IMG/VR virus record: IMGVR_UViG_3300005253_000034 | Span: 1-54,311 of that record | DNA: 54,311 nucleotides | Strand: one strand, 5' to 3' | Source of the DNA: a virus | Taxonomy: Duplodnaviria > Caudoviricetes | Shown: one piece after another, positions 26,238 to 36,820 of the stretch | How positions within the stretch are numbered: position 1 is the stretch's first letter | Layout of the letters: the number at the start of each line of letters is the position of its first letter | Notes under the pieces: generated by a model | What the model was told of the DNA's origin: nothing | Seen by the model: the letters and a program-made list of their open reading frames with translations, nothing else | The model's database searches: none | Program-made: the position numbers and the translations under genes

Positions 26238-27278
26238 TTAATATACTGGAGTTCCCCGTGCTCCGATATTCATAAATCCCCGGGAAAATGTTCTTGGTTT
26301 TTTAGGGGTAGGCTGTTGTGCTGTTAAAGCTCTGGCAGCCATAACTTCCTTCTGTTGAGTCTGAACCAAATCAGATAATAGTGTTATAAGTGGAGTAGCG
26401 TCCATTGAGAAAGTTGGAGTCTGGATAACCCAATTAGCAAGATTTTCCATTCCAGCCGACCGAAGTTGCTCAACTCCAATTTCAAATTGGGCCACCTGCA
26501 AGTTATAGGCATTTTGAGCATCGGCTTTATACTTCAACATATCAACGTGCTGTTGTTCCTGAAATCCTAAATACATATTTTGTTTAGTATAGGCTTCGGT
26601 AACAACATTAAGATAAGTTTGACCCTGCTTTTCCTGCAGCTGTTGATAAGAGGCGTGTATATTACTTTGAACAGCCCCCAAAGTTTGCATCTTACTTAAT
26701 TGAAATTGCTCAAATTCTTTACTATCGGAACCATAGGTCTCGACAATATTCCTTTCCTCAGCCCTCATTGAACCAATCGTGGCCTGCACCGAAGCCTGCA
26801 TTGCGTGAGCCTTCGAGAAATCTCTATCTACTCCTATCTGTTTATTTATATCATCGAGTTTAGCGAGAACCTCTCCCACTCTACTACGAGCGGCTTGCAC
26901 ATATTCATCAGCTTTTTCTGGGGCTGCTGCCCAAGCCTCCTGAGCCGCAGCGGCTTTAGTGGTTACACCCTCTCGTATCTTATCTAATCTCTGCAAATAA
27001 TCTATTGTGGCTCCGCCTTGCATCTCAAGAGCGGATGCAGCTTTCTCTGCCTCTTTCGTCTTAACTTCGGCCTGTTTGCCGTACTGAGATATGGCAGTAT
27101 CACCTATTCCTTTATAAGCCCCACCTAATTGTCCAACAGTGGCTTTTGCCCCAGACGGAACAGCCACATCTCCAATATCCCGAGTCTGGGCCGCCGTTTC
27201 CTGTATCTTCGTCCGATAGGCTTCATAATCAAAGCCGCCAGTCGGAGTAGTCGGATTTAATACATCAGGTATCGCCAT
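26238..27278 (-). CDS. probable internal virion protein (Ala/Gln-rich)
   Basis: Composition and position; preceded by TTGACA-N16-TACAAT at 27313-27340. Confidence 0.5.
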   Translation of the reverse strand: MAIPDVLNPTTPTGGFDYEAYRTKIQETAAQTRDIGDVAVPSGAKATVGQLGGAYKGIGDTAISQYGKQAEVKTKEAEKAASALEMQGGATIDYLQRLDKIREGVTTKAAAAQEAWAAAPEKADEYVQAARSRVGEVLAKLDDINKQIGVDRDFSKAHAMQASVQATIGSMRAEERNIVETYGSDSKEFEQFQLSKMQTLGAVQSNIHASYQQLQEKQGQTYLNVVTEAYTKQNMYLGFQEQQHVDMLKYKADAQNAYNLQVAQFEIGVEQLRSAGMENLANWVIQTPTFSMDATPLITLLSDLVQTQQKEVMAARALTAQQPTPKKPRTFSRGFMNIGARGTPVY

Positions 27279-27336
27279 CAGTCATTCCTTAAAGACATAT
27301 TTCCTTACTATTATTGTACCATATTTCTCAATTTTG

Positions 27337-29973
27337 TCAAGATGCAGATACGTTGCGAGAATCGGTGTAACTTACTGTGAATTCGGCATCTGTTAGCTCG
27401 AATTTGACTCCCACCGCTATTTGCTCGATATAGGGTTCCAAGTCAATACCTTCCAGATTCAGAACCTCCGCAGAATCAGCGGGGTTGGAATCAACGGTGG
27501 GATAAGCCACTGTACTCTCAATCGAGGTTCCCCCATTCCTGTAGGCTCCAACACGCCATTTATTATTCGAGATATTAGTAAATCCCGACAGTTTTCGTAC
27601 CTTCAAGGCCACCCCGGATGTAATCCATCTATTGAATCGAGACAGTTCTTCGTGTTGCAAAGCCCAGGCTCTTAGGGAAACCGGCACGGGACTAACCGCA
27701 TAGGTATCCCCAGTGGCTATGTCGTTGTCGAAGTTAGACGTAAAGGTTACGACTTTTGTACCGTTATCTATTGTCGCAATTTCACGACTGTCCCCCGCAT
27801 TCTCGCCAGTTACCATATATAATCTTGACCCAACCATATCAGCGTTCAAGGTCGCATTGTCGTCTGTGAGGGTTGTGGATGATGTGGCGGTGGCTGTGCC
27901 ATTGAGTGTATAGGAATCACTCAAATCCCACATCGATCCACTTCCAGTCTCCAAATTATCGGGGCTTACGATGAGGCCGGTAGCGGTAACAAAGAAAGCA
28001 CGGTCGTTCTTCCCAGACGAAATATCCGGCCCGGAAGTCGCTGCCACGAAATTAGCCCCGTCAATCATTGTACTTACTTGGGTAGTGTGCCACAAAACAA
28101 GCATTTCTTCTCGGGTTGGATTTAGGAAAAAGGAAGCATTCATTAGGGAATCATAACAACTCTTAACGGTTGATATTTCTGATTTCCAGTCATCGAATAT
28201 AACCCGGTCAGCCGATGTTATACTACCCATACTCCCATCTGTAGCATTTAGAACTACAAGTCCCAGACCTGTAATCATAAAGACACTATTGCCGGACGAG
28301 TGAGCGACTTCTTTCCCCACAATCCCTCTTTTCTTATGTAGTCTTGAAAATTGCAAGGGCTTGAGTTTCCCGGACTTGAAGATATGAATCACGGCATTAT
28401 ACCCAAGTTGGAACAGTGAATCCCCCGCAGGAATAAATCTCAGAGGCCTTCCGTCCTCGGGGTCTCCTATCCGTTTATTATAGGTACTGAAATACTCCGG
28501 CGAGCTATGCTCGGGACTACTTGAGAGAGTATCATATCCACCATCAACACTCGATGCCTGAGCCATAAAGGTAACACCACCATATCGTCCAATAGACCCA
28601 CTCTGCGGAGGAGCCACGATTATATCTTTTTCAGAATCATACATAGTCTGGAAAGGAAGAGCCTCATCCACAAGAGTTCCCACATCAACTGTCATAGAAT
28701 CCCACGCCCCCGACGTTGCCCAAGAATCAGACTTAGCGATTGTCTGTTCCAGATAGAATATAGCTCCTTGTGTAACATTTATATTCCCCAAGTCGATTGT
28801 ACGGAATATATCAACTGTGTCAAATAAGGCACTAAAATCGGTATAATCCTCACCAGATACAACACTGGCGTGGGCAGGAAAATCCAGCGTAATTTTAACC
28901 TGAGTTTCAGCCTCCGCAGTAACAACCCCGCCCCCGGATAAGGTACTCCCCGAGACAGAAATATCGTCTGCATTTGGCTCAACTTCCACTACGCTAAGAT
29001 CATAAGCATTCCCAGCCGTGCCTCTCACTTTAGATTCCAACAATACGCTCGATGCCTGTGCAGAAGCAGTAACGTCCGCTGAACTATCCCCATTAATTGC
29101 ATCTGCTAAAGCTGTAGCGTGAGCAGCCGTTGTCGCAGCCGACGCAACTGCAATCGTAACATTTGAACCGGAATCAATGTATTCATAAGTCCGACTGTTT
29201 ATCGTAAAGACATCTCCGGCAATCATCAAACCACTATCCCCCCCCGCAGTAGAAAGGCTAATGGTTCCAACTGCTTTAGTAGTTTTGAGATGGTCTAAAT
29301 GCACGACAAGAGGAGCACTGAGAGCACTATATATTCCTCTCGTGGAATCATAAAATCGGTAGGCTATTTGATAAGTTCCAGTCCCCCGTAACTGAAAACT
29401 TGTATCCACTGCGGAGGTGTTCAGAGTTGGAGCAGTGAGTTCGGTATCAAAATTTCCCGGGCCAGAACTCACAACGGTTAAAGCGGAACCTGTCCAGTAA
29501 ACAGTTTTTGTGGCCTTTGTATCTACGGCTATAAGTAAGTACCCAAGAGAAGCAGTAGTATCAATTTCAAGACTTGCAGTAATACTATTTCCAGCCGCCC
29601 ATATAGCAAGCCTCGTCCAGTTATTTCCATTGTCTGATGTATAGACTAAATCAATCTGTTGGTTGGCGGTATCATTCTGACTGTCCCACCGGACTACAAA
29701 CCCACGATAAACTGTGGATGTATTTCTTTTCTGGAAGGTAACGTGGCGTACAAAGTCGGGGCCAGCATAGGTGTCAATGTCTCCCATCCCTGTTACATCG
29801 TCTAAATCCAAAACCTCTTTCATACCATAGAATTTACGGAGACCCCCATAAAACCTACCATCTATCCCCGACAGTCTCCCGAATGACCCCGGCTTAACCT
29901 GATTAGGCGGGACGGATTGATCCATCCTCGGGGAACGAAAACCATACGGGATATAAATTCTGTCTTCAGCCAC
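27337..29973 (-). CDS. 878-aa tail structural protein (nozzle/tubular-B-like by position)
   Basis: Size, beta-rich composition, position between fibre and ejection genes. Confidence 0.5.
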   Translation of the reverse strand: MAEDRIYIPYGFRSPRMDQSVPPNQVKPGSFGRLSGIDGRFYGGLRKFYGMKEVLDLDDVTGMGDIDTYAGPDFVRHVTFQKRNTSTVYRGFVVRWDSQNDTANQQIDLVYTSDNGNNWTRLAIWAAGNSITASLEIDTTASLGYLLIAVDTKATKTVYWTGSALTVVSSGPGNFDTELTAPTLNTSAVDTSFQLRGTGTYQIAYRFYDSTRGIYSALSAPLVVHLDHLKTTKAVGTISLSTAGGDSGLMIAGDVFTINSRTYEYIDSGSNVTIAVASAATTAAHATALADAINGDSSADVTASAQASSVLLESKVRGTAGNAYDLSVVEVEPNADDISVSGSTLSGGGVVTAEAETQVKITLDFPAHASVVSGEDYTDFSALFDTVDIFRTIDLGNINVTQGAIFYLEQTIAKSDSWATSGAWDSMTVDVGTLVDEALPFQTMYDSEKDIIVAPPQSGSIGRYGGVTFMAQASSVDGGYDTLSSSPEHSSPEYFSTYNKRIGDPEDGRPLRFIPAGDSLFQLGYNAVIHIFKSGKLKPLQFSRLHKKRGIVGKEVAHSSGNSVFMITGLGLVVLNATDGSMGSITSADRVIFDDWKSEISTVKSCYDSLMNASFFLNPTREEMLVLWHTTQVSTMIDGANFVAATSGPDISSGKNDRAFFVTATGLIVSPDNLETGSGSMWDLSDSYTLNGTATATSSTTLTDDNATLNADMVGSRLYMVTGENAGDSREIATIDNGTKVVTFTSNFDNDIATGDTYAVSPVPVSLRAWALQHEELSRFNRWITSGVALKVRKLSGFTNISNNKWRVGAYRNGGTSIESTVAYPTVDSNPADSAEVLNLEGIDLEPYIEQIAVGVKFELTDAEFTVSYTDSRNVSAS

Positions 29974-29982
29974 TTTATTCTC

Positions 29983-32900
29983 CTATGCAAATCTATGAAC
30001 AGTTAAAAATGTTATGTGGTTAGTACCAGAAATATTTAAATTACCACTCGCACTATGAAATGCAAATACTTCAATATAATCAGAATCTAATAAATACATA
30101 TCTGCACTTATAACTCTGGAGCAGGTGGCAATGCTACCTGCTCCCCAAACACCCTGATTCCAACCAGTACCATTTTTATAAATTGAAATAGCTAAATTTT
30201 CTCCATCGGCTGGGGACTCAATATGCACACCAGCACTAACGTGATAATATCCAGTTGTATCGGGTGAAAACCTATAATTAGTAATATTATCAAATTCGCC
30301 ATCGGTATCATAATCTTTAGTAGCAAATTGGATTTTTCTAAAAGCTGTTCCTGATATAACTTGTACAGTGCTTCGATAAACTGAACATTTAGAAGTGAAA
30401 CTACCACCAGGAGCAGCACCAAACTCTAACCCATCCTCACCAACATTAACTACTACAGTATTACCAGCTTGTCCTGTATAATTTGCGGGGTCTGTATCCG
30501 TTAAACCAATCCAAGTAGTCACCCCGGTAACGGCAGCTTTGAATATAGCATTACCTGTCCCCGTATCTTTAGTAAGTACATGTTCATTAGTAGCACCGGA
30601 TACGGCAGACAAAGCATCAATAGCGGCTTGTGCTGTTCCTTGTCCAGTTCCACCATCCGCTATTGGTACATCTGTTCCTCCTGCTCGATAGACGATGTTA
30701 CCTTCAATATTAACATCACCAGCAGATGCTCTGGCTATCGTAGTATCGCTGACGTGTCCCAATTCAATACCTGTAACTTGAGGACTATCGCCAGTACCTA
30801 ATCCTAATGATGTTCGTACTACTGTAGTAGCCTCATACTGAAATACACCTGCCCCAGTAGCTACTATAAATTGTCCATCCGAGGCAGGAACACCCAATGA
30901 ATTTAAATCATCAAGTATAGCACCCTGGGTCTGACCACCTATATCAGATAATACCTGTGCTCCTGTACGGTATTTAATTACGCCTGTAGAACTGACAAGA
31001 AACTTGTCTACGTCAGAACCTTCTGCTGCGATTACAGCAAGGGTAACATTGCCAGCAGCATCAATAGTCACCCTGTTCACGTTATTTGTTTTGAAGTGCA
31101 TTTTTGCATTTTGGCGATTAATAAAAGCAATGTCATTATGTGAACTTTCTGATGTACTTCCTAAACGCCAAAGCTGTGTATTTGTATTAAAAGAGTTATG
31201 CCCTGTAATAACTGAACCAGAAAATTCAGTACTCCCGTCACCAGTTACATGGAGATGACCACTGGTAAAACCACCAATACTCCCAGGCAAAGAACCTTTA
31301 ACTTCTAATGGAGCGTTTGGAGCAGTTGCCCCTGTCCCAATGCCGACGTAACCACTCTGTAATATCGTTAATTTAGGAGTGCCCAGTATTGAGCCTGTTG
31401 AAATTATAAATTCATCATTTGAGGCATCATTTCCAAAAGTCCATTTACTACTTGAACCGTTTCTTAGTCTTATTGTTGCATCTGTAGTTGCTAATGATTG
31501 CAGAAGCAGTTGTGCCTCGCCCCCTGAATTTTTAATATGAAAGTCTACTTCTGGACTCGCCGTGCCGATGCCTAATCTATCGTTAGTATCATCCCAGAAT
31601 ATGTTTGAGTTATCTTGTGAAATTACACCACTTGCACCGGCGAATAGAACTGAACCTTGTGTTAGACCAGATGAGGCAATAGATTGGCTGAATGTTACCG
31701 TCCCAGTTGTAGTGAAGCTAAATGCTCCTCCGTCACTATTTACAGCATCGTGTTGAAGCGTTTGAGTATCGTGTAAATGAGCCGATGCCGAAGCTCCTAT
31801 ATCAGATAATACCTCTGCTCCTGTCCTATACTTTATGTCTCCGGTTGAATCCACCAGAAATTTATCGACATCCGACCCCTCCGCAGCAATGGAAGAAAGC
31901 GTAAGGGTGTCGTGTGTTACCGCATCCCCCGTACCAAGTCCAAGAGTGGTAGCCTGTGCAGCCGCAGTGGCATCATCCAATATTGCCCTACCTGCGGAGG
32001 TTAAAGCCGATTCCGCCCAAGTAGCCTCGGAATAAAGAGTGGTATCTATCCCTGTATATAATCTCCCCCCATCTACACCTACTATATAATTAGTTCCGTC
32101 TGAATCTATTGCTACTCCATGCCATTTCTTGTCGAAATCCCCAGCAGGTTGTTCTTCTCCCCAAGTCACCCCGAAGTCGGATGATATATATAATCTTCCA
32201 TTCGATATAGCAGCTATTAAATGACTTCCATCAGAATCCGAAGCCGCCTCATACCAACTTTTATTAGCATCTCCGGCTGGTTGTCTCTCTGTCCAAGTAG
32301 CTCCACTATCATCCGAGGTATATAGCCTCCCACCTACAACTCCAGCCATCAAATGACTTCCATCATCATCAGATGCCACACAGTTCCACCATTCATCTGA
32401 GGCTCCGGCTGGTTGTCTCTCTGTCCAAGTTACACCGGAATCAGCCGATGTATATAATCTTTTTCCAGATATTGCGGCTATCAAATTAGTTCCATCTAAA
32501 TCTGATGCTACAGCCCACCACCACTCATTCGGTGCTCCTGTTGGTTGTCTCTCTGTCCAAGTAGCTCCACTATCATCCGAAGTAAATAATCCTCCTCCAT
32601 TTGCAGCAGCTATTAAATGACTTCCATCAGAATCCGAAGCTGCCGCAACCCATTGTTCATTACTGGCTCCGGCTGGTTGTCTCTCTGTCCAATTCACACC
32701 AGAATTAGCTGATGTATATAATCGCCCATTATTTACTCCAGCTATCAAATGACTCCCATCAGAATCCGAAGCTGCCGCAACCCATTGTTTATCCGAGGCT
32801 CCGGCTGGTTGACGCTCCGTCCAAGTAGCTCCACTATCATCAGAAGTATATAACCTCCCAATATCGACTCCTACCAATAAATTCGACCCATCCGAATCAG

Positions 32901-33423
32901 AGGCCATACATTCCCAATTTTTATTAGCATCTCCGGCTGGTTGCCTCTCAGTCCAAACAAGTTCAGTAAAGGTACTATAGGTATCTGTATAGATTAGTTT
33001 ATCTACAGCCGTCCCAAGTTGATTTATTTGGTCTATATCGTGAGGAAGTGTCGTCAAAAAATTAGAATTCTGGGGTAGATTCAAACCCATAACGGTGATT
33101 ATACCGTCAAGCCCATCCCGACCGGGGACACCCTGAATACCTTGTAGCCCAACTATACCACTAAGATTAAAATCAGCCCATCCCTTCCCCTCCGCAGGGA
33201 TAAAAGCACTCGCTAAATCATTTAGTTGAGTGTTCCCTCCCGGGGTGTACCCATAATCGGTATATTTTCTTATTGTGCTCCCACCCCCCCAAGGAATGAC
33301 TACTCCAAATCCATCTGTGGCAAGGGGATTATCTATTCCGGGGAGGAATAATCCTTGGAGATTAGGAATCGGGGTACTGAAACTATTGGGGTCCTCTCCA
33401 GAATTGACAAATATCTCGGACAC
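29983..33423 (-). CDS. tail fibre/receptor-binding protein with Asp-box (BNR) beta-propeller repeats and a C1q-like C-terminal domain
   Basis: About 6-7 x 44-aa repeats WTERQPAG...ASDSDG...GRLYTSDDSG; short Gly-X-Y tract; LGIGT..P fibre motifs; F.P...GYY. Confidence 0.75.
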   Translation of the reverse strand: MSEIFVNSGEDPNSFSTPIPNLQGLFLPGIDNPLATDGFGVVIPWGGGSTIRKYTDYGYTPGGNTQLNDLASAFIPAEGKGWADFNLSGIVGLQGIQGVPGRDGLDGIITVMGLNLPQNSNFLTTLPHDIDQINQLGTAVDKLIYTDTYSTFTELVWTERQPAGDANKNWECMASDSDGSNLLVGVDIGRLYTSDDSGATWTERQPAGASDKQWVAAASDSDGSHLIAGVNNGRLYTSANSGVNWTERQPAGASNEQWVAAASDSDGSHLIAAANGGGLFTSDDSGATWTERQPTGAPNEWWWAVASDLDGTNLIAAISGKRLYTSADSGVTWTERQPAGASDEWWNCVASDDDGSHLMAGVVGGRLYTSDDSGATWTERQPAGDANKSWYEAASDSDGSHLIAAISNGRLYISSDFGVTWGEEQPAGDFDKKWHGVAIDSDGTNYIVGVDGGRLYTGIDTTLYSEATWAESALTSAGRAILDDATAAAQATTLGLGTGDAVTHDTLTLSSIAAEGSDVDKFLVDSTGDIKYRTGAEVLSDIGASASAHLHDTQTLQHDAVNSDGGAFSFTTTGTVTFSQSIASSGLTQGSVLFAGASGVISQDNSNIFWDDTNDRLGIGTASPEVDFHIKNSGGEAQLLLQSLATTDATIRLRNGSSSKWTFGNDASNDEFIISTGSILGTPKLTILQSGYVGIGTGATAPNAPLEVKGSLPGSIGGFTSGHLHVTGDGSTEFSGSVITGHNSFNTNTQLWRLGSTSESSHNDIAFINRQNAKMHFKTNNVNRVTIDAAGNVTLAVIAAEGSDVDKFLVSSTGVIKYRTGAQVLSDIGGQTQGAILDDLNSLGVPASDGQFIVATGAGVFQYEATTVVRTSLGLGTGDSPQVTGIELGHVSDTTIARASAGDVNIEGNIVYRAGGTDVPIADGGTGQGTAQAAIDALSAVSGATNEHVLTKDTGTGNAIFKAAVTGVTTWIGLTDTDPANYTGQAGNTVVVNVGEDGLEFGAAPGGSFTSKCSVYRSTVQVISGTAFRKIQFATKDYDTDGEFDNITNYRFSPDTTGYYHVSAGVHIESPADGENLAISIYKNGTGWNQGVWGAGSIATCSRVISADMYLLDSDYIEVFAFHSASGNLNISGTNHITFLTVHRFA

Positions 33424-33425
33424 GG

Positions 33426-35003
33426 TTAATACCTCAAATAACGTCTATTATTACCCGAGTCCGACCTATCTATTGGGGCTTCCGGCATATAGGAATAATA
33501 GGCCGTTAATCTAACATTCCTGAGTTCATTTCGATAGGTCTTGAGAATACTTGAGGCTCTTTTAGCATTTCCTTCCGTAGATACAAGTCTCCAAGCTGCA
33601 TACAAAGCAACAACGGTATCCATCCCTTTGTTAACCGCTGGAGCAATCTCGTAGTAGATATTTCCATCATCCGTTGTCGGGATTGGAGAAAGAGGCGAAT
33701 CAAGAGTAGCTTCCCGAGTGGTTTCATCGTAGGTAGTTATTACTCGTTCTTGTAGGTAATTTCCGGTAACGACTGTTCCATCGGCTCCAAGACTTCGGAA
33801 AATGCTACCGGCGTAGGCTTCATTGTGGGTATCGAGTACGCCGGCATTTGGAGTCGCCCCAAACGTGACCACATCTCCAGCCGCATTTACAGTATAGGTT
33901 CCGTTGTGAAGCCTGGCAACTCCTGATGGGACATATTCTATCGTTATCGCTGTTCCGATACCATATAGGTCAGTAGTTTGTATATGGAGTGTTTGATTTT
34001 CAAGCCAGATTCCTCTTCCGAAGGCATTAAATTTACTACGAGAATCGTAGAAAACTTTCCCCCCAGATGTATCTCCCTTGTAGATTCCGTGAACAGACCC
34101 CACCGTATGAGGCAGCGGATATGTAGTCGTCCCTTGGGTTATTGTTTTCTGAATCTTGGCAACAGCCGGGGTCCGGGAATTTCTGTTTATCTCGTTAAGG
34201 ATAATAATGTATGCTTTTTCCAGATGCTCAATGATCCTCGCATCCGAATATTTTGCCTTCTGGGTCGGCTCATCGGTATCCTCTCGCACATCGACTATTG
34301 CTCTCGATAAAAAGCTGTCGGAGTAGAAAGAACTTGAGCCAGCACTTGTGGCCGTCGCTATGTTTTTTGTAAACGTAACACTTCCTGATGCGGCGGTAAA
34401 TGATGCTGATGCGAATGTATAATTACTCAAATTTGCGAATAAATAGTAAGTTCCGTAGGTCAGATAAAATACGACTTCCCCATTCGTATCTGAAACCTTG
34501 GTTCCAGCCACCGACCCCGATCGACTATTAGAAGAATTTACCCACACCGAGACTCCAGAAACAGGAGTCTCCCCAGTAGTTCGTATAGTTAATGTTATGG
34601 CATAGTCTCCAACCCCAGATGGATTTACTCGATTTTGAATCGAGAATGTAGCCACACACATCTGTACCGCTTGTCCATTAATTGTTATGGAATTAATCAC
34701 TATCGCATAATCGTGACCCACAGCAAAGAATCCAGCAGTAGTATTATCGCTTAAATCAATCGAGAATCCGTGCACCCCTGTTGTGGAATCTAAATCAATT
34801 CCAGTCGTATTCAATAAAGCATATCCAGCATCAGAGGCTCTCTGAGTCATCGACTCGTCTTTATATATTTCAATATCACTTGTGGTTAATCCTGTCAGTG
34901 TTATAGACTCATCCGATACTCCAAAAGAATTGAACCATATATAAACCGCCGAGTCGGCCTGATAATCACCAAGATATTGTGGTAAAACAATAGGATTTGC
35001 CAT
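33426..35003 (-). CDS. structural protein (head-tail adaptor-like C-terminal part, Ig-like N-terminal part)
   Basis: Position; D..EP....YSD..I...L..A pattern. Confidence 0.45.
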   Translation of the reverse strand: MANPIVLPQYLGDYQADSAVYIWFNSFGVSDESITLTGLTTSDIEIYKDESMTQRASDAGYALLNTTGIDLDSTTGVHGFSIDLSDNTTAGFFAVGHDYAIVINSITINGQAVQMCVATFSIQNRVNPSGVGDYAITLTIRTTGETPVSGVSVWVNSSNSRSGSVAGTKVSDTNGEVVFYLTYGTYYLFANLSNYTFASASFTAASGSVTFTKNIATATSAGSSSFYSDSFLSRAIVDVREDTDEPTQKAKYSDARIIEHLEKAYIIILNEINRNSRTPAVAKIQKTITQGTTTYPLPHTVGSVHGIYKGDTSGGKVFYDSRSKFNAFGRGIWLENQTLHIQTTDLYGIGTAITIEYVPSGVARLHNGTYTVNAAGDVVTFGATPNAGVLDTHNEAYAGSIFRSLGADGTVVTGNYLQERVITTYDETTREATLDSPLSPIPTTDDGNIYYEIAPAVNKGMDTVVALYAAWRLVSTEGNAKRASSILKTYRNELRNVRLTAYYSYMPEAPIDRSDSGNNRRYLRY

Positions 35004-35006
35004 ATA

Positions 35007-35534
35007 TCACTTTACTAAGAAATTCCAAGTTTCTTTTTTTATAATTAGAGATATTGTACGATGTGTTACCTTGAAAATTCGTGCAATTTCTCTTAAACCT
35101 TGAGATTTTTTGTGGTATAAATAACGAATTCGTTTTACTTGATTATTTGTTAATTTTGAATTCCCATTTTCCTCTCCCAAACAAGCAGTTCCATGAGACC
35201 GCCTATCGACTTGATTTTCCTGATGTGTTCCCCAAGCCAAGTTCTCAAGTCGATTATCAGATGGATTGCCATTTAGATGGCGGCATTCCATTCCTTTAGG
35301 ACACGGGCCGATGTAAGTTTCTAAGACGAGGCGATGAACTTTACAAGTACATTTTAGAGAATTAACAGATAAATCAGTAATCCAGTATCCCTTGCTATTA
35401 TTACTTAATTTCAACCATCGACCTTTCCTCTCGTGTCCCAAAGTATCTTTACGAGGTTTGCTCCAAATTCTACCGTCTCTCGTGATAGCGTAGTCTGGAA
35501 ATCTCGGAATAGTTTTTATATTAGGAGTAGGCAT
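35007..35534 (-). CDS. NUMOD4-type HNH homing endonuclease
   Basis: YAITRDGRIWS, VHRLV, CRHLNGNPSDNRLENLAWGT. Confidence 0.9.
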   Translation of the reverse strand: MPTPNIKTIPRFPDYAITRDGRIWSKPRKDTLGHERKGRWLKLSNNSKGYWITDLSVNSLKCTCKVHRLVLETYIGPCPKGMECRHLNGNPSDNRLENLAWGTHQENQVDRRSHGTACLGEENGNSKLTNNQVKRIRYLYHKKSQGLREIARIFKVTHRTISLIIKKETWNFLVK

Positions 35535-35544
35535 TTATTTATCC

Positions 35545-35700
35545 TTATCGAAACCAACTTAAACCGATAGCGATTATGGTGGTGATGAAATAGTATATAT
35601 ACCGAGAGTGCGTCTGCTTGTGCTCGACAGTCCAGGCCTTTATCCAGCGGACATCGTTGGCGGTCTCAATTATTAATTTATCTCGTTGGTCATCGGTCAT
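35545..35700 (-). CDS. 51-aa protein with C-terminal TM helix (holin-like; not in the ORF track)
   Basis: MTDDQRDKLIIETANDVRWIK...YYFITTIIAIGLSWFR; ATGA overlap. Confidence 0.55.
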   Translation of the reverse strand: MTDDQRDKLIIETANDVRWIKAWTVEHKQTHSRYIYYFITTIIAIGLSWFR

Positions 35701-35945
35701 CTGATTTTTCTAATCCATTTGAGCGGAATATTCAAAACACCCATTAAGGAATTATCTTTACTATTTCCACAAGTATGACAAACTACCAAAAAGAGTTTAG
35801 TTTGTCCAAGGTAAAAAGCATTTGTCTTGCAAAAAGCATTAGACGATTCTTTCATAGCTGCCTCAAAAGTAGTCCAACCATCCGTTGTATAAGCATCAAG
35901 CCATTCAATGTAAATTTTCTGTCCAAAGGACTTATTAATCTTCAT
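35697..35945 (-). CDS. hypothetical phage protein
   Basis: IEWLDA...W; coupled to its neighbours. Confidence 0.65.
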   Translation of the reverse strand: MKINKSFGQKIYIEWLDAYTTDGWTTFEAAMKESSNAFCKTNAFYLGQTKLFLVVCHTCGNSKDNSLMGVLNIPLKWIRKIR

Positions 35946-36070
35946 TATTTATGAACGCCTTTTATCGTTCCGGCATTTTCCGAAGCATAGAAAACACCTT
36001 TGCCTTTTTTCTTGCCGTATTGCTTAATCATTGCCGCAACGATTTTAGCACCTTTCTTGGTCTTAGGCAT
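35945..36070 (-). CDS. 41-aa basic phage protein (not in the ORF track)
   Basis: MPKTKKGAKIVAAMIKQYGKKKGKGVFYASENAGTIKGVHK; TAATG coupling on both sides. Confidence 0.65.
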   Translation of the reverse strand: MPKTKKGAKIVAAMIKQYGKKKGKGVFYASENAGTIKGVHK

Positions 36071-36819
36071 TACTCGTAACCCCGATAATAATCATCCTCC
36101 CCACTATAAATTTTTGTTTCTTCGACTTTGTACTTCTCGAAAGCAAACATCAACTTAATAATTTCAATATCGTTGAGGAACAAATCAGACGGCATACTAC
36201 AATTCAGTACCGGGCTAAACATTCCCACTAAAAGACCCCTAACAACCCCATCCATACTAAAAACAGGACCACCGCTATTACCCGGGTGGATACTGGAATC
36301 CGTAGTGAAAGCAACTTTCCACCCGTACTGTTCCCCACTTGGGGATGTGGCATCCCAATCCCTATCAAGACCAGAGATGATACCCAACGTAATATTGTTG
36401 AAATTAATTTTTCCGTAGGGACTACCAATTATGAATATGGGTTGTCCTAATACACAATCTTTAACGCTCCCAAACTTTGCGGGTTTCAGCACGGGCTTAT
36501 CCACTTTAATAAAACCAACATCATAATCTTTATGGGTAATCGCTTGAACGCTTTTAACGATTGTACCATCGTCCATTGTAATGGTATAACGAGTACCGTC
36601 TATAACGTGACGTGCAGTGACAACTATAGCCTCCGTAAGTGCCACTCCCGAACCCTGCCACTGGTCTCCCATAATATGAACAACACTCGGCAATACTTCC
36701 TGTATCCTATTAGGAAACTGAATAGTTATTGCTGGTTTATCCACTGGTAAAACAAGAGCAACCGTTCCGACCCATAATGAAATCATTACTATCCATACTA
36801 ATTGATATTTCCATTTCAT
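36070..36819 (-). CDS. membrane-anchored trypsin-like (HtrA-type, no PDZ) serine protease
   Basis: TARH, DVG and GNSGGP triad motifs; N-terminal TM. Confidence 0.9.
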   Translation of the reverse strand: MKWKYQLVWIVMISLWVGTVALVLPVDKPAITIQFPNRIQEVLPSVVHIMGDQWQGSGVALTEAIVVTARHVIDGTRYTITMDDGTIVKSVQAITHKDYDVGFIKVDKPVLKPAKFGSVKDCVLGQPIFIIGSPYGKINFNNITLGIISGLDRDWDATSPSGEQYGWKVAFTTDSSIHPGNSGGPVFSMDGVVRGLLVGMFSPVLNCSMPSDLFLNDIEIIKLMFAFEKYKVEETKIYSGEDDYYRGYE

Positions 36820-36820
36820 T

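Noticed and set aside
29983-33423. Diversity-generating retroelement target
   Set aside because: No reverse transcriptase and no TR/VR pair with adenine-specific differences was seen
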